64,000 nucleotides of DNA from the human T2T-CHM13v2.0 reference genome, Homo sapiens. Both the position numbers and the translations under genes were made by a program. The notes under the pieces were generated by a model. That model was not told the DNA's origin, did not search any database, and was given only the letters and a program-made list of their open reading frames with translations. The first letter of the stretch is position 1. Every line of letters begins with the position of its first letter. This document shows positions 25,691 through 39,794 of the stretch, piece by piece. The stretch is from assembly GCF_009914755.1 (NCBI RefSeq), contig NC_060926.1. One strand, 5' to 3'.

Positions 25691-28026
25691 CTGCAACCAG
25701 GGAGGGTAGGGAGTGCAGCAGCCCCCACCTGCAAGCTCCACCTTCTCCAGTCTTTGTCCACCCAAATCCTTCAGGCACTCAGTACTCAGCCAAAGCCCAA
25801 GACCTTCTCCCAGTCAAGGCTCATTGTCTGGCCCTTCCTTCCTCCTCCGCTTACAGCCACAAAGTTTAGCACCAAGTTAATTTTAACCAATACTGACTTT
25901 TCACTCCCTGAATAAGTTGTAAGCAATTTGAGGGAATGAACCATGGCTTTTTTTTTTTTTTTTAAACTTTCCCTCACAGCACTGAGGACCTAGCTCAATT
26001 TGTTTCCTTGTCCCAGGGAGTATGGTTTTTTTCTGCAACCTCCAGGCCACAGCTGTTTGCAAACTTCATAGGAAACTGCATTTGAGTCACAGGCAAGGGG
26101 ACATCTGAATGAATCCTCCGTCTCTTAATAAGGAGAGAGAATTCACAAGGTCTTCTAGGGACATGTCCAGATAAAATGAGGCTGATTAAAACTTTAAAAC
26201 ACTAAACTTTTATTATAATTGCTATTCATACTTTGTCATTGCCATTTATTAATAACTTTTCTTTAAGTTTGTTTGAAAATAGAAAATTCATTTTTAAAAA
26301 ACTCTCCAAGGCTTTACCAGTCTCACTTTACAAATTCGTTCCTATAACATTTGTTTAATATTAGTGTTTTTCCATTTTTTTTCTTTTTGGCTGATACCAT
26401 TGAGAGCAGTGTCACGTTGAGAATCCACAGTGATGACAGAGCTAGTTGTGAGGGTGCTCATTCCATTCCTCTAGCATTCAGCACCTCTGTCCATTTCTGT
26501 GTTTGCCCCCAGCGTCTGAATTTGGTTGCTTCACTGAATGGTGTGGCCCCACCAGCTGACACCCAGGCATTGACTGGCCTCAATTACTGCAACACCTATG
26601 TTTCAAGGACTCTGTGGCCCTGACTTAAGTACAAGCTTTAAATGGGAATAAATCTTTTATAAGCCTTTCCATTTACTTTCCTGCTTATTAAAGGTGAATT
26701 GTAATGGAAAACCCTAAATGTCACAGAGTCTGGAAAATTGAAATAATAAGGGGCAGCATTCTCCTTAGTGGTATAACTAGTAAAAGTGGGCCTAATGGAA
26801 AGTCCACCGTGGAATCATCTGTGTTTCTATGCAACAAAATTATTTTCCTTCTTTCTCTAACAAGGGAAGTAGTTCTGACCAACAAGGTTGGCTGTCTTAG
26901 GCATTGTGGTGGAGAGCAATGGAAAGATGAGTGTGTAGTGGGAGCAAGCTTAGCAGAGTTCCTGAAGCCATTGCTTTAGTGTCCCACCACATCTGTAGGC
27001 CTAGGGGATGCCATGCAGTCCTCCAGAGATAGCCAAGGAAGCTGCAGAGCTGAGGCCACCCTCTGTGCTTGTAAACAATAAGCACACCCCCCAAAATCAG
27101 GAATAAGCCCATGAGAACTGCCCATATCCCATGGTCCCACAGCACCTCATCAGCTGCACTAGTGTGTTCTGCAGTAGATCCACTGCTGGTGGGCCTCAAG
27201 TTGCAAATATATTTAGTAATGGATCAAAATAGAATCTCTTAGCAAAAACTGGACCTTACAAGCAATTTGCATCAAGTCAGAAACCCATACATCTGTGTCC
27301 CACAGCAGGCCACCCTTAAGCAACATGAAGGCTTCCAAAAAGGTTACCCTGCCCATATGAAAATGCCAATTTTATCCAGCAACATTGCTGTGTTTTCAAA
27401 TTTCTGTAGACGCCAATGCTGTAATGAATGTTCTGACCCTCAGGGTGTCATACACAGCCAGGCTTTGTGCCTGTCTTTTGCAAAACTTACCCAATTTCTG
27501 TCCAAAAAAAAAGTCCAAGACTAGGTCGATAGTAGATTTATGTGTCAAAGGAGAACACATAGACTTTGGATAACTTTACTCCAAAAGAATTCTCTTGCTC
27601 TCTCAAGCCTATTCTGTTAATAACATGTTTAGTTCTATTCCTAAGTTTGATTTTTTTATGGCAACAGTTTGACTATTGAAATTCTTTAGCTTTGTAAAAC
27701 CATGGCACAAACTGTTCCCCCATGAAAAAACGCAGCTTTCCATAAGGCTTCCCCAGAAATACCAACATTAGAATGGGGGATGTGATTTGACTTTTTGTGA
27801 GTAATCTTCCTAGCACTGCCCGAAGAGAGAGAAAAAGAGAGAGATGCAGTTTCACGTACAGTTTTACATGTAGTAAAGCATCTGTGGAGATCAGAGGATA
27901 AAAATATTTCCATGACAGGAACTTAAAATTTTAAGAGAATTTTCTTTTAAGCTCTTCACTGGCCAGTGGAAGAGTTGACCATGGCTTTTTCCTTCATGTG
28001 TAGAAAAACACTAGGCAACTTGGTAG

Positions 28027-28591
28027 TGAAGCAGGATTTTTCTCGGCCAATTTGCCAACTGGGACCTCCGCTGGCAACACCCCCCACACCCCACCCTGTG
28101 TTATAGCTTGTACCCACATTCAGCGGTTCCCAAGCTCTTGTCCCACATCCAAGAAGAATAAAGATATGCTGACAATTTGAAGGTGGAGAAGAATTTTATT
28201 GAGCGACGGAACAGATCTTAGTGGAGACATAGTCAGGTGGTTTCTCTCTCCCCCAGTGTGGCTGAGTCTGGGGCTTTTTATGAACTCAGAATGGGAAGTG
28301 CATGCTGATTGGTTTGTGAGTATGCAAAAATGGTTAAAGCAAAGACATTCAAAGGTAGGCACAACAGTGTAGAAAACCAATTAGGAAAGGGTAGGTATAT
28401 GTAAAATAGATAAAGGGTGGGATCCATCAGAGGAAATTGTGTCAAAAAGGAAGAGGGGTTCTCAATCTGGTCTGTGGATTTGACTTGTAGCTTGGCTTTC
28501 AGGCTTTAAATTCTTTTCAACTTGGAGGTGGGGTTTTGCTGGGGACCCACCCCTGTTTGCCTAGGCATTTGTCTGCCCCCTGCTGCTGTCA
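28027..28591 (-). mobile_element. ERV1-class solo LTR (LTR27-like)
   Basis: Minus strand runs TGACAGCAGCAGGGGGCAGACAAATGCCTAGG...AAATCCTGCTTCA (TG...CA ends); CCAAT, TATA-like and AATAAA motifs in LTR order; 4-bp TSD gtag/gtgg; subfamily name from memory. Confidence 0.85.
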
Positions 28592-28697
28592 GTGGGATTA
28601 CAAACTGACTCACATTTTTAAAAATTGTGGCCTCCCTTCTTACCCCCACAAGTAGCAAAAGATGTTTTTAGATCCTGAACATCTCAAAAGTAAAATC

Positions 28698-29015
28698 TAG
28701 AGCTGACTATCCAAAAAGGCAGCCACTAGTCACATGTGGCTATTGAGCACCTGAATGTGGCTAGTGAGAAATGACATGTGCTATAAATGCAAAATATACT
28801 CTGGATTTTCAGGGAAGTAATATGAAAAAAAGAATAGGAAATATTTCTTTAGTGATTTTTATATTAAGCTGAAATAACATTCTACATATATTGGGTTAAA
28901 TAAGATATATTAGTAAAGTTAATTTCACCTGTCTCTTTTTATGTTTTATAAATGTGGTTACTAGAAAACTTAAAAGGCCCATGTGGTTTATGTTATGTGT
29001 CTGTTGGACACGCTG
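28698..29015. mobile_element. MER33/MER3-like hAT-Charlie element
   Basis: gccactagtcacatgtggctattgagcac...atgtggctagt...aatgtggttactagaaaacttaaaa...tggacacgctg. Confidence 0.8.
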
Positions 29016-29267
29016 GTCCAGAGGACTGGTCTGGAAGACACTTGTGAGAAGGGGGAATGACATGATTTCCATACAGGCCCTGAGTTCTTCAACTATTTTG
29101 GTTTTTATTCACAGTAAGAATTTCAGAAATTATGGATCTCTGCCCTTTCTGGTTTTCTATTAGGTCAGCTGTGACTTTGCCTTTCTGGGCCAATTCCTAT
29201 CCCAAACTTCTTATTTTTAGGCAGAAGTCCTGCATGCTCTAAGCCAGCATGTTAGGTGTTTGGGGTG

Positions 29268-29515
<248 letters not shown>

Positions 29516-29797
29516 TAAGTATCTGTACATTTATTGGATTATCTGATCTACTTTATCTTTGAAAAATTCCTGAGAAGCAAATATTATCCTCACTTTACAA
29601 AAAGGAACCTGAGTTGACTAGAGCAATAATGATGGTTCATGTTTGACGAGAGCCATATAATTTACAATTATTTTCTAATATATTTATTCTGACCCTGTGA
29701 CACAGTTGTTCCCATTCCTGTTTTACATACTGGGAAATTATCTTTACAGAGGGCTCGAGTGCCTGTGCCCCACAGCTGATAAACGGAGGAACTAGCA

Positions 29798-30495
29798 TTT
29801 ATTCTTTCAACACATGTTTATTTGTTGTGCTAAACACTAGTAAACAAGGATATGGTCCTTTCATGGAGTTTGTATCCTAGGATTCACAGCACCCAAGTGT
29901 TAAGTGCTCTACTAAGAATCAAAACAGTGTGATGAGTGGAAAGACAATAGATATCTAGGCTGCATGGTGGGAAAAGCCCTCTCTAAAGAGGCGACATTGA
30001 AGATGAGATCTGAATAACAAGAGGGAGCTGCTACGTTAAGATCAGGGGACAGCAGCAGGCACAAGGCCTGCAAGGCTGGAAAGAGCTTGGCATGTTGGAG
30101 GAACTCAGAGGCCAGCGGTGATGGGTGGGCAGTAAGGTCAGAGACAGCAGGGGAGATGGCCATGCAGGCAGGCTTGTAACCTGAGGAAAGACATTTGGAT
30201 TTTACTCTGGATGTAACATGGAGGGGAGGGCTTAGCAGGGGGGAGACAAGTGCCCTAGCATCCTCCACACTTGAATACTGCCTGCCTCTAATTAACATTC
30301 TACAAAGATGACCAGGGATGAAGTGGGAAGAATCAGTTATACAGAGACCAGAGTGAAGCCGGGAGATCAGTGACAAGGTTGGAGTCCCGGATGAGAGGCG
30401 ATGGTGGTAGATGAGTGTGGACCCAGTAGAAATGGTGAGAAGTGGATGGAGTCTGAAGTTTTTTGGAGATAAAGCCAATGAGACTGGCTGATGGA
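29798..30495 (-). mobile_element. L2 LINE remnant
   Basis: ttattctttcaacacatgtttatt...tcatggagtttgtatcctag...ggaaagagcttggcatgttggaggaac. Confidence 0.65.
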
Positions 30496-30967
30496 TGGCT
30501 TATCCCTCTTTACACCTGACTGTCCCTCCAGCTCTCTTCACTCCTGCAGTGTCCATCCAAAAACACTCTGCCCAGGGAAATCTAATTTCTGTTCACCCCG
30601 TAATAATGCCCAGAAGACAAAATGAAACACTGACAGATTGTCATTATTTATCACCCCTTTGTTTTGCTTTGTTAATTCATTGTCCTGCCTAGCTGTTAGC
30701 GTCTTAATTGTTCATGTTGACCTTTAGAAACACATTCAAGGTGAATAAGGAGGCCTTGCTATATTCCAAAATCGTGTCAGTGGGAATAACCAAAATGATT
30801 TTATTCTTTCACTCTCCTTTTGGCTGGCAGGAAGATGAGCTGTTCACATATTCATATGACACACTACCATTTGAAAACCAAAAAACCAGAAGCATGCAAT
30901 GTCATATATGCAGTCATCGGCAAATGTACAAAGCACCCTGCAGCACAGCATAGTTACACACTCCTTA

Positions 30968-31446
<479 letters not shown>

Positions 31447-33020
31447 CTAAGATTTTCCTTAGAGGATACCCTCGGGCTCTGGTTAAACAAGGAGAAACAG
31501 GGAGGGTATGAGATCAAAACAGGTTGCCAGTCAGCAAAAGTTTACACATGCATGCATATGTATATGCAACTTCTTCTCCAGCCAGTGAAAACATTTTCTT
31601 GGCATATAGGCTGAACTTCATTAATTCCCAAGGGCAATACATGCTGTCAGTGCTAAGGAATGCAAACCCACCCTTCTTCACTTACCAGCACAACTACTCT
31701 CTTCCCCAGAACACAGAGCGGGATCAACTGTGCCAGCAGGTGTTGGGCACATCTGTGTAGACTCCACATGCATCTCTCTCTGACATAAGGGAATTTTTAC
31801 TCCTACACACCAAAGAACTACACTCCCTTAAACACCTTCACTGGTTCCCACTGCCTGCCCACACAAGGTGTGTTTTGTGGAATAATTATTCTGCAGCTGT
31901 TCATAGGTGTCAAATACATTTGGAAATTGTTGCACTTAGTGTTAAAGAGGGCTTTTTCTCTGCAGGACTTCAAAGATGCTTTAATAAGCCAACATGCATT
32001 GGGAATCTCCAAAGGGGGAACATACGCAGCATTTCCCAAACTTGTAAATTACTGATCTGTTTTCATAGAGCATCACTTGGGACTAACAGTCTGTGAAAGG
32101 CACTTTGGGAAATGCGGGACTGACTAAGAAGGGCTTCCCCTAGTGCCCTCCACAGTCAGACGCTGCCTGCTTCTCAGGAGTCCTGCACAAGGCAGACTGC
32201 CCCCAAGACGCTATTTCAGCCTACTCACCATATGTATTCCCACCTGTGGACCTCTGCTCACACCACCCCCGGCCCAAATTATGCTGTTCCTTCTCTTCTC
32301 ATTGTAAGTCAACCCACTCCTCTCGTTGTAAGTCAACCCAAGTCCTTTCTTCTCTGGAAAGCTTTGCTCATCCCTACCAGGACTGGAGATGCCTTGTGCC
32401 TCAGACCATCTTAATATTGCTTTATGTCACACTCATTTAGCTTTTGATAGCTGGCTTCTACCTCTATCTCTAATACCTTGCATATGGTAGAATTAGTAAA
32501 TTCTTTATTAAAGAAGAAGAAAAACAGGAAGGAGATAAAAGAGGAGAATCACAAAGAAAGAAGTAGGGGAGGGGAGGAGGAGGATGGGAGGAGTAGAGAA
32601 AGAGAGGAGAAAACCAGGGAGGTGACAGTGGGAAAGAGAATTTCACAGGACCTTGGACGTGGTACTTTGATTGAGTGTAGGTAAGAGGCAAAGCCCAGGG
32701 AGCGCAGCCTTGAGTACTTAGTGGAAAAGAAGATCCATGAGGTTCTGCGTATATGACCATCCAAGGCAGCTCCCAGGAGGTGTTCCTGGCACCATGCCAC
32801 ACTTAGCTGCAGGGCAGTGCCCATTCATAAGGTGTCAGCTCTAACCAGTGAGTGCAATACCTAAGAGCAGGCGCAGACTGTGACCCCTTAACCTAACCTA
32901 TGCTTTATGATAAAATAGATACATATTTATATTTGTACTATTCAGAAAACAGCATATGTATCCATTTCTTGGGGGTTTTCTTGTAAACAACATAATACAA
33001 TATCCAGTTAGTACTGAGGT

Positions 33021-33465
33021 GTTTTTGAGACAAGGTCTTGCTCCATCACTCAGGCTGGAGTGCAGTAGAGTGATCACAGCTCACTCTAGCCTTGACCTCT
33101 GGGACTCAAGTGATCCTCCTACCTCTGCCTCCCAAGTAGCTGGGATCACAGGTGCATGCCACCAAGCCTAGCTAACTTTTTTTAACATGGGGTCTCACTA
33201 TATTGCCCAGGCCAGAGTGCAGTGGTGAACATAGCTCACTGCAGCCTCAAATTCCTGAGCTCAAGTGACCCTCTCACCTCAGCCTCCTAAGTAGCTAAGA
33301 CTACATGTGCACATCACCTTTTTTTTTTTTTTTTTTTTTTTTTGGTAGAGAGAGGGTCTCACTATGGTGTCCAGTCTGGTCTCAAACTCCTGGCCTCAAG
33401 CAACCCTCCTGCCTCAGCTTCTCAGAATGCTGGTATGACAGACATGAGCCACCACCACACCTGGC
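33021..33465 (-). mobile_element. Three-arm AluJ-like composite (left arm plus two right arms)
   Basis: Right-arm text at about 33021-33180 and again at 33185-33318, T tract, then left arm at 33343-33465. Confidence 0.8.
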
Positions 33466-36400
33466 TATTACTGTTAAACAAAATTAATAACATACAAAGT
33501 GCAAATTATATAACCCTAAAGCAATCACTGTCAAGAGACCTACCACTAAAGCCAGTGCCTTCGTTTCACAGAGGAGGGGCCTAAAAGCCACAGAGCAGAT
33601 TGAGCTGTGACTAGAACCTCAAATCTATGGCCTAGTGCACTCACTACATGGACCATCTGAAGCGCTGCTTCTCATGGCTGGGCAGCCTATAATCTCTTTG
33701 TCAGCCAGATGGCCAGTTGCCTGAGATGGGAGACACAAGAAACATTCCCACATCTGCTTCCTGCTTTTAACTCACATAAAAATGGCCAGTCGGTTTAACA
33801 AAGCTATTTTCCTAAAGGGACCAGAGCTTCTATTTTTTCTGTACATTTAAAACGTGCCAAACAAAATGACACATGTTGTCAACAAGATGCAACAGATATC
33901 TTCCCACAAAGCCTCTTCTTTGTAAGCTGTCATGCCAGTTCTGTTGATGTAGTTACCTTCCGCAAAGACCAGCGGTCTTGCCAGAGCTCCACCCTGGAAA
34001 AGCTCATCCTGTGGAAGCACAGCTTGGTGGGGTCGCCAGACTCCTGTCTCTAACACACTGTTAAATGCCTAGATGTATTTCTTTCATGCTTGTGCAGAAA
34101 TTCCATTTCAGAGTGTCGGGGCAACACCTAAGTCAGTCTCCCACATGTGGGTCATGGAAAGAGCCAGGGCCTGGACGCCAGGAGGCCTGGGTTCCAGTCA
34201 ACATTCCCTGTGACTTTTACAAGTCGCAAGTGGATGACCATGCCCCCATTGCCAGCAGCCTTGGGACGTATGTGGGGGCACTAAGCATAATGGGCCAGTG
34301 TGGGGCATGGGAGGGGGTCAGCCCAGCTGCTGTGGTCCCTCTGCCAGCCCCCAGGGCAACCCACAGCCAGGCAGTCTCAGCCAGGGCAGGACAGGGGCCA
34401 GGGCCAGAGCAGCGCCTCCACACTGAGTCACAGCCAGCCCTGTAGGAGAAAAACAGCTGAATGTGGGTGAGAACCTGAACATCCATAACAGCCTGGTCCA
34501 GGAGAGCATTTCTGGGTCCTGTGAAGAGGAAGAAGAGAAAATGATGTTGGAATCCCCAGGTTAAGGAAAACCAAGCCATTCCCTGGCCTGCAAGCTGTAT
34601 CACTTCCTCTGTAACTGTTTCTCTCCTTCTGAGCACTGGTACCTGGTTTGTGGGACAAGAAGACAAGTGACATGATCAAAACAAAGCTTTGGTTTGTATT
34701 TCCTTCTACTCCTTGTAAATTTTATTCATTGAGAGAGATTTTTCTCCTGCCACCACATACAGCCATGGCAGGCCCTGTAACTGTTCAGTGTATTCTTAGG
34801 CTATAAGCAGGTCCACCCTCAAAAACAAACTCCAAATTCAGTCATAGAAAGTACAATCCGAGAGATTAATCAAAACCTCCAACTTGAGCCAGGGTAAACC
34901 TTCCTTCCTCCCCCAGCTAGGCTAAACTCCAACCCCACCCTGTGAAAAGGCAGGATGAGGTTGTCTCTCCCCTGTTTCTCCATTTTGCTCTTCTCCTCCT
35001 AGTCCCCACCCAAGTCTGTTAGCCAATTTCTTACCCCTCCTTGGTAGGGGCAGGTGAGCAGAGGTAGGAGAAAAAGTAGACCTTCCTTGAACTAGTCCCA
35101 TTATAAGCTGGTCTGTGCTCTGTGGGCCCAGCCTGTGTTTAACACTGACTCTCTTTTTTCCCCTGGGGTGCTCCTTGGAGCTCTTTTGGGATCTTCCTTC
35201 CAGTAGTTTCCTTGACACAGGCAGATGTTTCTTTATTCCCAGTGTTTGCTTGTGGTGCTTTCATAGCCTCTGGGTCTAGCAGTCACCTCCAGCTTGTTAC
35301 TGCCGAAGTCCCTCTGTCCTATTACATAGCCTCTTGGACAGCATCCAAGATGACTCTGCTCTGCACTTCCTCTGCACGACCCACATCTGGTCCACAAGAA
35401 AGACTTACAGGACGCATGGATGGGCGAACCCAATTGCAGCCCCTCCATCCTGCTGCACAGGCTGCCTCCACTTTCTCAGACATGAGAACTCTGTATTCGC
35501 CATCTTCAGGGAACCCATTCCAAGCTCTCCAAGTAGCCCCATGGGGACAGCCTCACTGCACTGGAGGGGAAGCCCAGGGAAGCCCTGATGAAATCTCTAC
35601 TGGAAGGGTCTCTGGAGACTCACAGCACAGCAACTTTTCTCTCCAAGAAATCCCTTCATACATCCTTCGCCCTACCCAGGCCCCTTTTATAGCCTTCATC
35701 TGGCTGAAGAGTCCAAGCATCATGAAGCCAGTTTACAGATGTTTCCCTATTAGGCAACTTATTAGAATATCTTACAGCTCAGAGCATAGTCAAAACTTCC
35801 ATTTTAACATTCATTACATGCTTATCTCAGATTTTAATTATCCACCCATTTAAAGATATGCCCCATGGGGCATAGACATCATCTGGTTTATTCACTACTA
35901 CATCCCAGCTATGATAGGCACTCAGTGAATAATTATTGAATTAACAAATTAATGTTTAAGTAAAGTAGCGTCCCCTCCTCAGCCTGCAAGCCATATGGGA
36001 GTGGGAACTGAGATTATTTGTACTCAATATTTGCCCCCAGTAGAGTCTAGTAGAATGCTGGCCCATAGTAGGTACTTTAAAAGTGGCTTTGAAAAAAATT
36101 AATGAACCTGGGCAAAAGGCCACATTTCTCTAGGTAAGATTAATGGAGGCTCTACTGACCCAGAGCCTCTCTCCCATTCTTCTTCAAATTCTTCACTTGG
36201 CTACATTGCTTAAAACTCTGCTAATCAGATATTCTATCAGTTCAAAGCTTTTTTAACAACAAAGATATCACCACTGAGAAAATGGAAGCCAGTCATTTAC
36301 ACTTAAGAAGACAATTTGATACAAGGAATGTACAGGAACACTGTCAGGGGCCTGAAGAGTGCTAGGAGGCACTTAAGAGAAAGGAGATGGCAGGCCCAGA

Positions 36401-36726
36401 GGTGGGAGCTCTTTTAGAGGCTTGCCAGGGAGACCGTGTGTGCCAGGAGGTGAAAAGGAAGTGGCAGACAAAACCAGTATTTTTTAGAGTTTGCCTTTAG
36501 CAAGCTTCCTTCTACACAATTTTTAAGAACCAATTAATTTTTAGAGCTAGAAGGAACCTTTTATATCATCAGATTCCATGGCTTCCAAACATTTTTGAGC
36601 CAAAAAACTTCTTCTTTCAATGAAATCTTACCAGAAAGCCAATATGAAAAACAGGTAAGCGGAGATAATCTGGTTCTAGATGGGTGGTTTTAGGTGGGTT
36701 CTAGATGTTTGGGCTGGGAAACCAAA

Positions 36727-36862
36727 CATGCACATACACATACATATCTATTAATACATACATACACACATGCATATACATACATATACACACATACATA
36801 TATGTATATACACACATATATACATGCATGCACATATATACACACATGTACACGCACACACA
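36727..36862. repeat. (CATA/TA/CA)n low-complexity microsatellite
   Basis: catacacatacatat...cacacatgtacacgcacacacac. Confidence 0.9.
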
Positions 36863-39739
36863 CGATTTTCTCAGAGTAGTCTTCAAACCTCCCCCTCAGA
36901 ATCACTAAGTGCTCCTGAAACACAGTGTGTCCAGATACAATGAAAGACCCACAGTCATCCTCACCCATCACCATGTCCCAGAGACTGGGCTCCAGAGGTC
37001 AAAAGAAAATGAAAGACACTAGACCCTACTGCTCCCTCCCCTTGATCAAGGAGCAAGACCTTGTCCCCTCCACTTCCCAAACTCTTTGTCTATTCTGTAA
37101 ATGTTTGCAAATCAAAGAAAGAGCCCTTTCACGGGACCACTGAAGACTTCCCCCATGAGTTTAATACTACCAACAAATATTTACTCAGTTCTTCCTACAT
37201 TCTTGACCCGTGTTTGGCACTCAGAACAAGTGACCATTGTCATTGCTAAGTTAACCAGCACTCTCTGGGTGCTGCCTGTTCAACCTTCTCTGAGCCATCT
37301 CAATTGCAGTTAAATATCCCACATCTTTCCATCTTTCCCCTAAATGTGCTTTGAGACACTGTGTGAACTGATCTGCTGAAATGCAGATAAACTACATCTG
37401 TCAGCCCCCATCTATGAATCTAGTGAGACTTGCAAAAAAAATGAGGTTTGGCACAATTCGCTTTCGGCAAACCTTTGCTCCCAGGGATGACCACTGTTTC
37501 CTGTCTTTGGAACTTATAAGCCATCTGTTTAATAATCTGTCCTAGCTTCCTGCCAAGGACTGACATGCATCTCACCAGTCAGCAGTTCCCACCAAAAGTG
37601 CTTAGGGCCTCAGGGCCTCCCATCCCTGCTGCTGGCCAGTGTCCAGCTCACACAAGTGGCCCCCTCATCCCTAATGAGGCCTTACTGGAGAGGATGGGCC
37701 ACTCGCCTATTGCAAGTGCACAATGTGAATCTGAGAGTTCAGTTTCGTGTAATTATTTCTGTATCAACAACATCAACTCAGGGCTCAAGATCACCTAGGT
37801 GAGAGTGTAAGAATAGAGACTTTCCAATTAGCAGAGCTAGGTTTGAAACCTAACCCCACCACTCACTGTGTGGTTTTGACTAATGACCCACTCTGAACTT
37901 GTAAAATGAGCCCATGGGAGCTCATGGTTGTGATTACTAAATGCAATATAGTGCATTTAGTATATGCAATATTGTGCATGAAATGCTCAGCACAGTGGCT
38001 GGTGCATATCAGCATTGTTATTATTAAAAGAAAATACCCTTATTAATTAACTACTGCAAGTCAGGGGTGGGAATGGGACAAGGAGCAGGCCTGGGTGGAG
38101 GGCCTGTGTGTGAGGGGACTATTCATAGGTACCCAGTTCAATTCTTTTTCTAGGCACTAGCGGTATATGGAAAAGATCCTCTTCCCTGTAGAGCTCGAAT
38201 TTCATGGAGAAGAAATTATGAGAGAATGTCTGTCTCCTTTCAGTCACCTGGCTTGTGGATTTGCTATCCCCAGGTGAAACCAAGGCCCTACTGGACTGGC
38301 CCCAGGCTGATTCCTGGAGGAAGCTACTTTTCAGAGGGGCACACAGGTTATCTCATGGACAGGTTCTTCAGGGTGTCTTCTAACCCCCAGAGATCTGAGG
38401 ACAAAGGATTCCTATCATCTCCTTGAGCAACTGTTAAGGAGGCAGAGAGGAGCCGGGTGGAAGGTCCTCAAATGAACAAGGTCAACCAAGCGGCAAAGGT
38501 TCTAACAGTTCATTCTCCTGGCCCTCGTGTGAAAACTGCAGAAAAGTCACCCCATGCCTTTGTAGATTAAAATTAAGCTGGCAAGATTCAGCTGTAGTGG
38601 GCTTTAGATGGTCTGGGTCACTTTCTGAAGCCAATTTCTTTTAAAAGCTCTCAAGCTGAAGGCAATAGTACTAAATGACAGCTGAGAATTTTAAGTTTTA
38701 TTTTCAGTTCTGGAAAAAAAGGGGGGGATGGGTATCCCTTTATATTTTTATACTGAGGACAAGTCAGTAGGGAGATTTCATTGTGTTGTCGGTGTAAAAG
38801 TAATCAACTCAGTGTGCCATAGCCAGGAATTCAAACTGCTTGGAAAATGCAGGTGTAGTTAGCCCTTTTCACTGGAAAATACACTGGACAGTGACGTGGG
38901 TAGGTTAAGAGCAGAGAGCTGCTGGGAAGATCTGCAGAAAGGGCAAGGTTGTCTGCCACATTCCTTCTTCCTAAAGCACTTATGCCATCTAGGTGAAACT
39001 GGGCTGTTCTAGGAGGGGTAGTACTTCCTGCTTTAACACTAACCAACTTGAAAATCACACTGGGAACAAAACCATGACAGCCAGGAACACAGCACCAGAA
39101 GGTGAAACCCAGCCCAGAGTATGTAGCCGCTGTAACTTACAGCATTAATAAAAGGCTTACAGAAAACCAAAGGCCTATTAAATATCCCTGCCCCACCTAG
39201 ACTCACCACTTAATTGGGGTGGGAAGCCTCAAGGCAGAAGGAGTATAAATGGTTCCAAAGGCCGGAGCGACTTTGGTCTGAAAGGCCCAGGTCCAATTAA
39301 AACAAACCAGGAGCCTTAATAACTGCTCCGTTTTGACATCGGGAAACCCACTCTAAATTCTGTCAATGGCTATGATGTAGAGATTTTATTATGATTATTA
39401 TTTCATGGACTTAATGAATGCTTAAAAGAATTAAGCCACGATAAGACCCAAGGTCATAACCTCCTCATCCACCACGAAAGGGCAGCTTGCCCCAGAGCCA
39501 GCCTCTTCTTGGGAGGCAGTCCCCAGGTCCCTGGGTTCTGGTGGTCCTACTATTTGATTTGGGGTTGATTTAGAGCATGCACAAGCAAAATGGGCTGTAG
39601 GCCCTTGCCGTGACTGTAAAGGCTTCTGTGTGCGTAGTCATCTCCTCAACCTGCCAGAAATTCCCCAAAAGGAGAAAGGTTAATCCCTCTAACTTAAGGA
39701 ATTTTAGCCTAGGTAACATCACAGTGTCCACCAGAAGGA

Positions 39740-39741
<2 letters not shown>

Positions 39742-39791
<50 letters not shown>
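39742..39791. repeat. Pure (AC)25 microsatellite
   Basis: 50 nt of uninterrupted AC. Confidence 0.95.

Positions 39792-39794
<3 letters not shown>

Noticed and set aside
29912-30478. 188-aa minus-strand ORF
   Set aside because: Lies within a decayed L2 remnant and starts at a non-ATG codon.
35212-35853. Longest ORF in the track (213 aa, +)
   Set aside because: Starts at TTG, has no recognisable domain or splice support, and has generic composition; a chance ORF of this length is plausible in 64 kb.
36690-36974. Overlapping HTYIH/VCVY-rich ORFs (also 39570-39900, 56637-56891, 58105-58299)
   Set aside because: Stop-free frames produced by CA/TA microsatellites.
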